Assembly: GCF_006345805.1 (NCBI RefSeq) | Contig: NC_043026.1 | Coordinates: 14,797,579-14,861,578, forward strand | DNA from: Octopus sinensis | Lineage: Eukaryota | DNA length: 64,000 bases | Direction: 5' to 3' | Shown: positions 11,928 through 24,700 of the stretch, piece by piece | Layout: each line of letters starts with the position of its first letter | Position numbering within the stretch: the stretch's first letter is position 1 | The notes under the pieces: model-generated | What the model saw: the letters and a program-made list of their open reading frames with translations, nothing else | Database searches by the model: none | Told to the model about the DNA's origin: nothing | Position numbers and translations under genes: made by a program

Positions 11928-14879
11928 CAAATATATATATGTATGTATGTATATTCCCACAAACAACTCATATGCAGCCACAAGACTTCAGGTTACATTA
12001 TATACACCTATCTAAATTAAACACATATATTTAACTCAGTGTATGTATAAATATATATATATACACACACACATATTTACATATATACTGACGCAACATC
12101 GCTATTACAAAGCAGGATATATATAAGAAAAACAATATATCGACTTTACCTTCAGCAGTATCAGAATATACACATCAGCATATCCTTATATACATTTATG
12201 TATACATCCGTCACTCTTACTGCAGGCAGTATGTGTATAAATATATACACATACCTATCTTTCTATGTATATATTCACCACTGTCGCTTGTATATATTTA
12301 TACCCAGTCTTTTGGAAGCAGTGTGTATATATACAAACATATATTCATTTATGTTTGTATATGTATCTGTGTGTGTGTGTCACGCCCAGTTCTTCGTCGT
12401 TTAAGGCTGGTTGCAACTAAAATAGTTCACAGATTTAACGAAAAACGAAATTGTTAACAAAAAAAATTATTTTTTGATGCATAGAAAGTAGGTGAAACGA
12501 AATGTAAAACACGATTGACGGGGGTTTGTCCACTTTGTTAATGTTTGCTCTAAGTGCTAGAAATAGCAACTAAATTTCTCTATCGGATCATACTCTGCTC
12601 TTTTCAGTAGAAAGACGGGGAAACAAAAAAAAATTATTGGTTAGCGTATTCAGACACACACACACACACGCACACGGGATTGCCGGCTGGGAAGAAAATG
12701 GAAAGCTACTAGTAACAGCGAAACGAAGGATTTTGTGACGAAAAACGAAAGCCTGAACATTTGGAAACCAAAAAAAAAAATCAAACAAAATTTATTATTA
12801 CGTTAATAATTATTTGTTTCATTGAAATTTTACGACAAATTTAAAACGAAAGACTTCTATATAATTAGTATTAAGAGTGCTTAATTATCAATTAATTGGC
12901 AAGTATAGGGTAGGTACAAAAGGGAAAATGTGTGAGAAGAAATGATGTGAGACGAAGTGGGACGGGGGGTTGTTATCGATTTTATTGCACTTCAGTGGTC
13001 TTTATTTTACCAAGACCCAACGGGAGGAAAGTAACGTTGACCTTGACGGTATTCGAACTCCGAACGTAAAGATTTGGAAATAATAATAATAATAATTTTT
13101 TCTACTATTGGTACAAGGCCTGGTGCGAGGGAACTAATCGATTACGTAGACTGGTATTTAATTTATCGAACCCGAAGGGATGAAAGGCAAAGACGACCTC
13201 GACGGAATAATAATAATAATAATAATAATAACAATAATAACCATGACAATAAAAATAATAACAATAATTACCATGACAATAAAAATATTCTACTTGCTAG
13301 CAACAAAACGGTTTCGTTTCATTACGTTTCGTTTCCACTTTGTAACAACCACATTTTGCGATTACGGAAACGTAATGCATTTGTTGTTTAACCCGAGGTC
13401 AACCTTTGTGGAACAGATTTATGGTGAAAGGCGCTTTACTTGTGATCATCTCGTGTTATTTCTTTACGAATACATTACACAACATATCCTCTTATTTATT
13501 CTTCTTTTTTTTTCCCTAAAGGTGACAGGCTGTCGGATTTGAAGGAAATTTAGCTGCTATTTCTAACGCCGTAAACGCCCACATAGCGGGCCTCGTTGCG
13601 TCTATATAGTTACAAAATTTGGGAATATTTTTTTTTTAGTTTGATTTGTTAACTTTGGATATTTTCGGTTTGAACGGCAGTTTTTAACATAATTTCTAGG
13701 TAACTAAACACTTTTAAACTTCGTATACTGGTAGAATGTGTTTATAAAACATCTTTTTCTCTTGGCTTTATTGAGAAAATTCTATAGTTTGTAAGATATT
13801 TGTTGTGTTTTTTCTTCAATTTCTGCAATTTCAACCAATCAATGTCGTCCATTGAGGTAAAAAACAACATTCTGTGCCGTATGAATATGTCCCTCGTTTA
13901 AGAAACAGATTGGGTTTATTTACATTTGTGAAGAAAAAAAGATACCCTTCCCCCCATTAGCTTCTCGCCACACCAGCACCATATATATATATATATATAT
14001 TTACTCTTTTACTTGTTTCAGTCATTTGACTGCGGCCATACTGGAGCACCGCCTTTAGTCGAGCAAATCGACCCCGGGACATATTCTTTGTAAGCCCAGT
14101 ACTTATTCTATCGGTCTGTTTTGCCGAACCGCTATGTGACGGGGACGTAAAACACCAGCATCGGTTGTCAAGCAATGCTAGGGGGACAAACACAGACACA
14201 CAAACATATATACACACACTTATATATATATATATACATATATACGACAGGCTTCTTTCAATTTCCGTCTATATATATATATATATAGGCGCAGGAGTGG
14301 CTGTGTGGTAAGTAGCTAGCTAACCAACCACATGGTTCCGGGTTCAATCCCACTGTGTGGCATCTTGGGCAAGTGTCTTCTGCTATAGCCCCGGGCGGAC
14401 CAATGCCTTGTGAGTGGATTTGGTAGACGGAAACTGAAAGAAGCCAGTCGTATATATGTATCAGCCGAAATTGCGAAGATGATCTGGTTCTTGACTGTGT
14501 GTTTTTTTGTCGTCTTCAAAATGTTTCACGTTCTTGTCCCAGTTTGTGTTTTTTTTTAACGTTTACATATATATATATATGTGTGTCTGTGTTTGTCCCC
14601 CTAGCATTGCTTGAAAACCGATGCTGGTGTGTTTACATCCCTGTCACTTAGCGGTTCTGCAAAAGAGACCGATAGAATAAGTAATGGACTTACAAAGAAA
14701 CTCGACTAAAGGCGGTGCTCCAACATGGCCTCAGTCAAATGACTGAAACAAGTAAAGAGTAAATGATGGAGGAGTTACAACTGCCTTTCGTGGTCTGCTA
14801 CCACAACAGCTCCTTTATAGGATCCAGTTAGCTCAAGACATCATCAGGAGGAACCACGTCCGGTTTCAGCCCCTCATCA

Positions 14880-15165
14880 TCATCATTGTTCGACCGTGGT
14901 CGAGACAATGGAATTTACTATGCTACGCCAGACTTCACGGTCCATCATAGCATTACGGAGGTCCTGTTGCTGGATGCCTGTATCCCTCGAGATTACATCA
15001 GGGTAGGAGAGTGTGCGCCCTCTGGTATCGCGAGCAGATGGCTTCCAGAGGAGAAGAGTAGAAATTGCCTCGTTTTCAGCTCTACAACAATGTCCAGCAA
15101 ACTGGACTCTCCTACCTTTCACAAGAGATGACACAGGTGGTAGTTTCCCATATATTTGCATTTTG
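14880..15165 (-). mobile_element. RTE-like LINE 3' fragment with (GAT)n tail
   Basis: RRVQFAGHCCRAENEAISTLLLWKP...LRNAMMDREVWRSIV; same family as 17185-18085. Confidence 0.75.
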
Positions 15166-15689
15166 GTTGGATGGCGCTACTCCTCTACCGTTTTGACGTG
15201 GAGGCCCCCCCCTTTTGGAAGTGTCTTCAGCTCTGGTGTTGGGTGCATGTCTTCTTTCTGCTGTTCCCTGGCCTCTTCGATGTATCATCAGCGAGTGTCA
15301 GCCGGTGACTGACTGTCTTGTCAAATTTCTCCCTTTAAATACCTGCCGCATAGGCTCCAGCAGGCAGCCCCAGCAAGTTGTCACGTGACACTGTCTCACC
15401 TTAATTGACTAGTGAAGGCGCGTAGTTTTAGCCCGTGCTTTTTCTAAATGACAGTCACCTCCAACAACAGTTACAAGTTGAGGCGCAGAGCCTCTTACCA
15501 ATCAAATCTCACAAGAGTTCAGCAAATATATTCAATCGTTCTTTCAACTTGTGGCACTAAGCCTCTTACCAAAATCGCCAAGTTCAAATTAAGGCACTAA
15601 GACCTCTTACTCTACATCCCCAACTAAGAGCCCCTTGCCACCTGAAGGCAATCCTGCAGTCACAAGTTGTGGGCCCCATAGGTCAAAAT

Positions 15690-16790
15690 GACTGGCCCCT
15701 GTACTAGTGGCACATAAAAAGCACTATCTAAACACGGCCGATGCCAGTGACCCCTGATATACCCCTGTGCCAGTGGCACATAAAAAGCACTATCTGAACA
15801 CGGCTGATGCCAGTGACCCCTGATATACCCCTGTGCCAGTGGCACATCAAAAGCACTATCTGAACATGGCCGACGCCAGTGCCCCCTGTGCCAGTGGCAC
15901 ATAAAAAGCACTATCTGAACACAGCTGATGCCAGTGGCACATAAAAAGCACTATCTGAACACGGCCGACGCCAGTGCCCCTGATATATCCCTGTGCCTGT
16001 GGCACATAAAAAGCACTATCTGAACACGGCCGACGCCAGTGCCCCTGATATACCCCTATGCCTGTGGCACATAAAAAGCACTATCTGAACATGGCCGACG
16101 CCAGTGCCCTCTGATATACCCTTGTGCCAGTGGCACATAAAAATCACTATCTGAACATGGCCGACGCCAATACCCCCTCACCTCTCCCCCGTGCTGGTGG
16201 CACATAAAAAGCACTATCTGAACATGGGCGACACCAGTGCCCCTTGATATACCCCTGTGCCAGTGGCACATAAAAAGCACTATCTGAACATGGGCGACAC
16301 CAGTGCCCCTTGATATACCCCTGTGCCAGTGGCACATAAAAAGCACTATCTGAACATGGGCGACACCAGTGCCCCTTGATATACCCCTGTGCCAGTGGCA
16401 CATAAAAAGCACTATCTGAACATGGCTGACGCCAATACCCCTCACCAGCCCGTGCTGGTGGCACATAAAAAGCACTATCTGAACACGGCTGATGCCAGTG
16501 ACACATAAAATGCACTATCCGAACATGGCCGACACCAGTGCCCCCTGATATACCCCTGTGCCAGTGGCACATAAAAAGCACTATCTGATCACGGCTGAGA
16601 CCAGTGCCCCCTGATATACCCTTGTGCCAGTGACACATAAAAAGCACTATCTGAACATAGCCGACGCCAGTGCCCCTTGATATACCCCTGTGCCAGTGGC
16701 ACATAAAAAGCACTATCTGAACATGGGCGACACCAGTGCCCCCTCACCAGCCCCCGTGCTGGTGGCACATAAAAAGCACTATCTGAAGTG
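15690..16790 (+). repeat. Variable ~45-70-bp minisatellite inside a family-B SINE
   Basis: Recurrent gtgccagtggcacataaaaagcactatctgaaca core with variable linkers. Confidence 0.88.
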
Positions 16791-17184
16791 ATTGATGCCA
16801 GGCCTGCCAGACTGGCTCCTGTACAGGTGGCATGTAAAAAGCACCCGCTACCCACTCAAGAGTGGTTGGCATTAGGACGGGCACCCAGCTGTATAAACTC
16901 TGCCGGATCAGATTGGAGCCTGGTGCTGCTGCTGGCTCTCCAGCCCTCAGTCAAACCGTCCAACCCATGCCAGCATGGAAAACAGACATTAATTGATGAT
17001 GATGATGATCATCATCATCACTGGGATATGACTCTGGAGGAAGCAATTGCAACAAATTCTGCAAAAGAAGTCAGAGACCTGCTTGCAGGCCTTCCCTGTT
17101 GGGGTCAGTAGATTAAATGCCACCCTTATTGGGCAGCTTTGAAGCTGCTCTGCTTTATTTCTAGGTTGACCAAAGCTTGTGAGT

Positions 17185-18090
17185 GAAGCTCGAGAGGCGG
17201 TTGGATGGAACCTACACTCGCCTCCTTATGAGAGCTCAAAACCTCTTGTGGAAGCGTCATCCAACCAAAATGCAAATATATGGGAAACTACCACCTGTGT
17301 CATCTCTTGTGAAAGGTAGGAGAGTCCAGTTTGCGGGACATTGTTGTAGAGCTAACGAGGCAATTTCTACTCTTCTCCTCTGGAAGCCATCTGCTCGTGA
17401 TACCAGTCGAACCAATTCTACTCTATAGCTCAGAAACCTGGATGTTATCAAAGAAGCTTGAGAGCTGGTTGGATGGAACTTACACTCACCTCCTTATGAG
17501 GGCTCAAAATCTCCTGTGGAAGCGTCATCCAACCAAAATGCAAATATATGGGAAACTACCACCTGTGTCATCTCTTGTGAAAGGTAGGAGAGTCCAGTTT
17601 GCTGGACATTGTTGTAGAGCTAACGAGGCAATTTCTACTCTTCTCCTCTGGAAGCCATCTGCTCGTGATACCAGTCGAACCAATTCTACTCTATAGCTCA
17701 GAAACCTGGATGTTATCAAAGAAGCTTGAGAGGTGGTTGGATGGAACTTACACTCACCTCCTTATGAGGGCTCAAAATCTCCTGTGGAAGCGTCATCCAA
17801 CCAAAATGCAAATATATGGGAAACTACCACCTGTGTCATCTCTTGTGAAAGGTAGAAGAGTCCAGTTTGCTGGACATTGTTGTAGAGCTGAAAATGAGGC
17901 AATTTCTACTCTTCTCCTCTGGAAGCCATCTGCTCGCGATACCAGAGGGTGCACACTCTCCTACCCTGATGTAATCTCCAGGGATACAGGCATCCAGCAA
18001 CAGGACCTCCGTAATGCTATGATGGACCGTGAAGTTTGGTATAGCATGGTAAATTCCATTGTCTCGACCACGGTCGAACAATGATATGAG
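17185..18090 (+). mobile_element. RTE-like LINE 3' fragment, triplicated 268-bp segment
   Basis: VEPILLYSSETWMLSKKLERWLDGTYTHLL...QFAGHC. Identical antisense ORFs occur 268 bp apart. Confidence 0.75.
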
Positions 18091-18285
18091 TGAACTTCAG
18101 AGAAGGAAACTAAAAGAAGCCTATCGTATAATGTAAGGATGCATGCATGTATATATGTACACATGTGTGTGTATGAGTGTTCCCTTGCTTGAAATCATAA
18201 GACAGAGCTGTAAACGAATGCCACTGTTATGCAAGCAGTGTTCTTTGTATTCAGTCTTCTGTAGAAAACATGTCCGACCAGGCAG

Positions 18286-18470
18286 GGGGGTGGGGGAATA
18301 TTTCCTTCTTTGGAAACAGGTGGGGGTGGGGGAATATTTCCTTATTTGGAAACAGGTGGGGGTGGGGGAATATTTCCTTATTTGGAAACAGGTGGTGGTG
18401 GGGGAATATTTCCTTATTTGGAAACAGGTGAGGGTGGGGGGAATATTTCCTTATTTGGAAAACAGGTGGG
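18286..18470 (+). repeat. 36-bp G-rich tandem repeat, ~5 copies
   Basis: Unit ggtgggggtgggggaatatttccttatttggaaaca. Confidence 0.85.
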
Positions 18471-18661
18471 GTTTGGTTTAAAGGAACGTCAACTTACTCA
18501 TCTTAGAAAATGCATCTCAGCAAGTTCTGTCCAACCCATGAACGGATAGAAAAGCAGACGTTAAAATGGTGATGATGATGATGAGGAGGAGGATGACAAG
18601 AGAAAACAAACAAACAAACATAAAAAAAAAGAAGGCAATTAAAAGCATTAAAATAAGTTGT

Positions 18662-18667
18662 TTTATT
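18662..18667 (-). promoter_or_regulatory. Candidate polyadenylation signal AATAAA of PDCD2
   Basis: The + strand reads tttatt here, i.e. AATAAA on the minus strand a few nt after the stop codon. Usage unverified. Confidence 0.4.
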
Positions 18668-18672
18668 TCATT

Positions 18673-18834
18673 TCAAGAGCATTTTGAGGAATAGTCCTGT
18701 TTCCATAGAAACTCCTGTACATATTTCACCCCAATGTCGCAGCTGTCAGCACAGGTATACACAGCCAGTGTTCCCCAGTCAAGACTGTCGTCCAAAAGAT
18801 CAACACCAAGATGGGTCAGCAGTTGTGGCATCAC
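18673..18834 (-). CDS. PDCD2: PDCD2 exon 4 (terminal coding exon)
   Basis: Acceptor ctctcttgtag|GTG. Encodes [53 protein letters not shown] with TGA at 18675-18673. Not in the supplied ORF track. Confidence 0.95.
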   Translation of the reverse strand: MMPQLLTHLGVDLLDDSLDWGTLAVYTCADSCDIGVKYVQEFLWKQDYSSKCS

Positions 18835-19482
18835 CTACAAGAGAGCAAAGAAGACGTAGAGACACACAGACAACATAAGGATGAGCATGTGTGTGTATGT
18901 GTATATATATATATATCTAGCTATATCTATATATATATATATATATATATTTGAGTAGTTGAATGAATTATCTTGTTATGGATAATTCGATTAACCGATA
19001 CCTGGGTAGCAAATTCACATCAGAGAAGACACGGTTGAAGTTACGTGCCTAGGGCATAGATTACGTGCTTTCGTGTCGAAATTTGTATGTTTATTTTAAA
19101 ATTTAAAAAAAAAATATAAATATATGAAAGAATGGAGTTGAACGACAAATTAACAAAATTCCTTTATTTTCGACATATGTTTCGAAGGCTGCATATTCCT
19201 AATTGTGAAGGAATAAGGAGTATATTATGCCGCTTTCTCATCAGGAAAAGCAAGGAACTTATGTCAACATCAAGATGCACAAAAAACTTCGCTATGGGCT
19301 CCGTGTGAGCAGTCATCTAAAAGATTTTGTGCATCTTGATGTTGACATAAGTTCCTTGCTTTTCCTGATGAGAAAGCGGCATAATGTCCTCTATTCCTTC
19401 GCAATTAGAAATATGCAGCCTTCGAAACATATGTCGAAAATAAAGGAATTTTGTTAATTCGTCGTTCAACTCCATTCTTTCG

Positions 19483-19533
<51 letters not shown>

Positions 19534-21719
19534 ATATATATATCTCATGGAGTTGAACGACGAATAACAAAATTCCTTTATTTTCGACATATGTTTCGAA
19601 GGCTGCATATTTCTAATTGCGAAGGAATAAGGAGTACATTATGCCGCTTTCTCATCAGGAAAAGCAAGGAACTTATGTCAACATCAAGATGCACAAAATC
19701 TTTTAGATGACTGCTCACACGGAGCCCATAGCCTGTCTGGCACCTGTGCCGGTGTCACGTAAAAAGCACCCACTACACTCACCGAGTGGTTGGCGTTAGG
19801 AAGGGCATCCAGCCGTAGAAACATTGCCAGATCAGACTGGGCCTGGTGCAGCTTTCCGGCTTCCCAGACCCCAGTTGAACCGTCCAACCCATGCTAGCAT
19901 GGAAAGCTGACGCTACACCATGATGATGATGATGTACGTATACACACACACACACACACATACATAAGCTAATATCTCTTTACTCTCTTTTTACTTGTTT
20001 CAGTCATTTGACTGCGGCCATGCTGGAGCACCGCCTTTTAATCAAGCAACTCGACCCCAGGACTTATTCTTTTTGTAAGCCCAGTACTTATTCTATTGGT
20101 CTCTTTTGCCGAACTGCTAAGTAACGGGGACGTAAACACACCAGCATCGGTTGTCAAGCAATGCTAGGGGGACAAACACAGACACACAAACACACACACG
20201 CATATATATATATATATATACATATATACGATGGGCTTCTTTCAGTTTCCATCTACCAAATCCACTCACAAGGCTTTGGTCGGCCCGAGGCTATAGTAGA
20301 AGACACTTGCCCAAGATGCCACGCAGTGGGACTGAACCCGGAACCATGTGGTTGGTAAGCAAGCTACTTACCACACAGCCACTCCTACGCCTATATATGT
20401 ATAGAATATTCGAACTCAAGTTATGCACTGCTATGATAAAAATGTGGGTGTGTTTGGAAGACTTACCTGAAATTCAAAGATGCGTTGAGCACCACAAGAA
20501 GAACATGGTGGAATGCTGTGTTCACTAGGTTTATTATCACTGGACACCCACAATACGTTACCACCCAAGTGGTAACGGACAACCTGCAAGCAAAACAGAA
20601 AACACAAGACTTTATTATCAACATTTTCATAGATTACAGATGTGTGTTTGTATGTGTGTGTCACAGAACCTCCTAAAAACAGACACCACTACTTAAGCAT
20701 TGCCAAAATCTAATTACATTTCATATTGAGAAACCCAAGCAACACCAAAGTATGTGAGCCCCACAAACTATCAATGAACAGACACTTTCCACTTTACAAG
20801 AAATTCCCAACAGAGCATATCATGTATTCCCATCATCAGCTTCCACACAGATATCATTATGGTTTTGACACCTGGGCAGTATCACTGAATCTGGAAGTGT
20901 CCACAGCATTAAAAATATAAATGGTGTCTCGGAATCCACCAGCTTATTACTACAAGTAGTAACATAAGAGTTAACAAATAGTAATAACTTATAGCTACAA
21001 AACAGTGTCTGTAACAAAGCACTAACTCCGAAAACAACATTCAGACAATACAAATCAATACAGACAAATCCACTCACAAGGATTTGGTCAGCCTGAGGCT
21101 ATAGTAGAAGACACTTGCCCAAGGTGCCACGTAGTGGGACTGAACCCGGAACCATGTGGGTGGGAAGCAAGTTTCTTACCATGCAGCAACTCCCGTGCTT
21201 GTATATATGTATGTGTGTGTGTGTAGGAAATAGATGTTAGCTAGGTGGGGAAAATCACCCACTACACTCAAGGAGTGGTTGGCGTTAGGAATGGCATCCA
21301 GCTGTAGAAACACAGTCATATGACTGAGGCCATGCTGGAGCACCGCCTTTAGTCGAGTAAATCGACCCCAGGACTTATTCTTTGTAAGCCTCGTACTTAT
21401 TCTATCGGTCTCTTTTGCCGAACCGCTAAGTTACGGGGACGTAAACACACCAGCATCGTTTGTGAAGCGATGTTGGTGGGGACAAACACAGATACACAAA
21501 CATATACACACACACATACGCATATATATATACATATATATATATATACATATATACGACAGGCTTCTTTCAGTTTCCATCTACCAAATCCACTCACAAG
21601 GCTTTGGTCTGTCTGAGGCTATAGTAGAAGACACTCACCCAAGGTGCCACGCAGTGGGACGGAACCCGGAATCATGTGGTTGGTAAGCAAGCTACTTACC
21701 ACACAGCCACTCCTGCGCC

Positions 21720-21753
<34 letters not shown>

Positions 21754-24700
21754 TACGTACATCATCATTGTTTAACATCCTCCTTTGATGCTGGCATGGG
21801 TGGGTTGGCACTTTACAGTGTGGACTGGATGCTTTTTAAGTGGATGCTCACACACACACACACACACACATGCCCCACCCACTCCTAGCTACTCCGTCTT
21901 CTCTCACTTCAACTCACCTCCTACCTTAAGGTCCCACTCGTTGGTACCCCAACACCATTATTTATCTCTTTGGAGATATTAGATTCTCCATCACTCTCCC
22001 CCACTGCCTCTCAGCTCCCCTCTTAAATTTGAGTAACCATGAAGATCCTCTGCAACATGAACCTACTCTGCCCCACCCTCTTCTTTTGTACCTTAACCCC
22101 CATTTGGCATAAAAACACCCCCCTCTACACTCCTCAGCTTTTGTAGGATTATGAGTTGTCTGGCAACATCACTAATGACCGAGGCACATAAAAAACACCC
22201 ACTACGTAGGCGCAGGAGTGGCTGTGTGGTAAGTAGCTTGCTTACCAACCACATGGTTCCGGGCTCAGTCCCACTGCATGGCACCTTGGGCAAGTGTCTT
22301 CTACTATAGCCTCGGGCCGACCAATGCCTTGTGAGTGGATTTGGTAGATGGAAACTGAAAGAAGCCCGTCGTATCTATGTATATATATATATATATATGT
22401 ATGTATATGTTTGTGTGTCTGTGTTTGTCCCCCCAGCATCGCTTGACAACCGATGCTGGTGTGTTTACGTCCCCGTCACTTAGCAGTTCGGCAAAAAAGA
22501 GACCGATAGAATAAGTACTGGTCTTACAAAGAATAAGTCCTGGGGTCGATTTGATATGACTAAAAGTGATGCTCCAGCATGGCCACAGTCACATGACTGA
22601 AACAAGTAAAAGAGTAAGAGTACTACATACTGGTGACGGTGGTGGTAGTGGTGGTGGTGGTGGTAGTAGTGGTGATGATGATGGTGGTGGTGATGATGAT
22701 GATGGGAATGAAATTACATAAACATCCATTTTAACAGCCAAAAGAGAAAAATCTAAAAAAAAAAAAATGCCACACCCAAACACCCCATACACCTCCCTAT
22801 TCCCCACCGCCACCTCCCGGTGTGTACGAGAAGGACTGGGGGAGCAACTCACCTGTTCTGGGTCGGGGCGAATGCGGCGGCGAAACTTGAGGAACTCCTT
22901 GTCGTCGGACGTCTCCTTTCGGGCGTATGCTTCGAGGTCCTTCAGGTGACCACCGCTTCCCTTTTTCTTGTCTTTACCGGGTCCCGCCTTGATGAGAGCC
23001 GTGTTCGAAGAGGAGCCGTCGACACCGACCCCGCCACTGTTCTCATCCTCCTCACTGCTGTCGTTTGCATCACTCTCCAGCTCCTCCGTCTCCGTCACCA
23101 GTTCGTACTCCTTGAACAGTACACCTGGCTGGTCCCTGCTTGCTCCACCTGCAACCAAAACACAACAGAAAAGTCAAAACAATTACAGGTATATATGCGC
23201 AGGAGTGGCTGTGTGGTAAGTAGCTTGCTTACCAACCACATGGTTCCAGGTTCAGTCTCGCTGCATGGCACCTTGGGCAAGTGTCTTCTGCTATAACTTC
23301 GAACCAACCAAAGCCTTGTGAGTGGATTTAGTAGATGGAAACTGAAAGAAGCCCATCATATACATAGTTTTATTTAATAGGTGCAGGAGTGGCTGTGTGG
23401 CAAGTAGCTTGCTTATGAACCACATGGTTCTGGGTTCAGTCTCACTGCGTGGCACCTTGGGCAAGTGTCTTCTACTGTAGCCTCGGGCCAACCAAAGCCT
23501 TGTGAGTGGATTTAGTAGATGGAAACTGAAAGAAGCCTGTCGTGTGTATGTACATGTGTGTGTATAGATATATATATATATAGGCATAGGAGTGGCTATG
23601 TGGTAAGTAGCTTGCTTACCAACCACATGGTTGCAGGTTCAGTCCCACTGTGTGGCACCTTGGGCAAGTGTCTTCTACTAAAGCCTCGGGCCGACCAAGT
23701 TAGCACTAGAAGAAAAATGGCTGTCTTTGGTTTCAGGATGAAAGGTGTTCTTCCATCAGGATAATGTCCGGCCACATACAATTAAGATGACATTCCACAG
23801 GCTGGAACTGTTTAAATGGGAAATGATTCCCCACCCACCATATTCACCAGACATTACTCCACCTGATTTGTTGTAGGGCTGCATGCCTTTATTTTTTACA
23901 CGTAAGAGAACCATCCAAACGTGGTCGTAGCCAGCACTGCCCCGACTGGCCTCCGTGCCGGTGGCACGTAAAAAGCACCATCCGATCATGGCCGTTTGCC
24001 AGCCTCGCCTGGCCTCCGTGCCGGTAGCATGTAAAAAGCACCATCCGATCATGGCCGTTTGCCAGCCTCGTCTGGCCTCCGTGCCGGTGGCACGTAAAAA
24101 GCACCATCCGATCGTGGCCGTTGCCAGCCTCGTCTGGCCTCCATGCCGGTGGCACGTAAAAAGCACCATCCGATCGTGGCCGTTGCCAGCCTCGTCTGGC
24201 CTCCGTGCCGGTGGCACGTAAAAAGCACCATCCGATCATGGCCGTTTGCCAGCCTCGTCTGGCCTCCATGCCGGTGGCACGTAAAAAGCACCATGCGATC
24301 GTGGCCGTTTGCCAGCCTCGTCTGGCCTCCATGCCGGTGGCACGTAAAAAGCACCATGCGATCATGGCCGTTGCCAGCACTGCCCCGACTGGCCTCCGTG
24401 CCGGTAGCATGTAAAAAGCACCATCCGATCATGGCCGTTTGCCAGCCTCGCCTGGCCTCCATGCCGGTGGCACGTAAAAAGCACCATGCGATCATGGCCG
24501 TTGCCAGCACTGCCCCGACTGGCCTCCGTGCCGGTAGCATGTAAAAAGCACCATCCGATCATGGCCGTTTGCCAGCCTCGTCTGGCCTCCGTGCCGGTGG
24601 CACGTAAAAAGCACCATGCGATCGTGGCCGTTTGCCAGCCTCGACTGGCCTCCGTGCCGGTAGCATGTAAAAAGCACCATCCGATCATGGCCGTTTGCCA

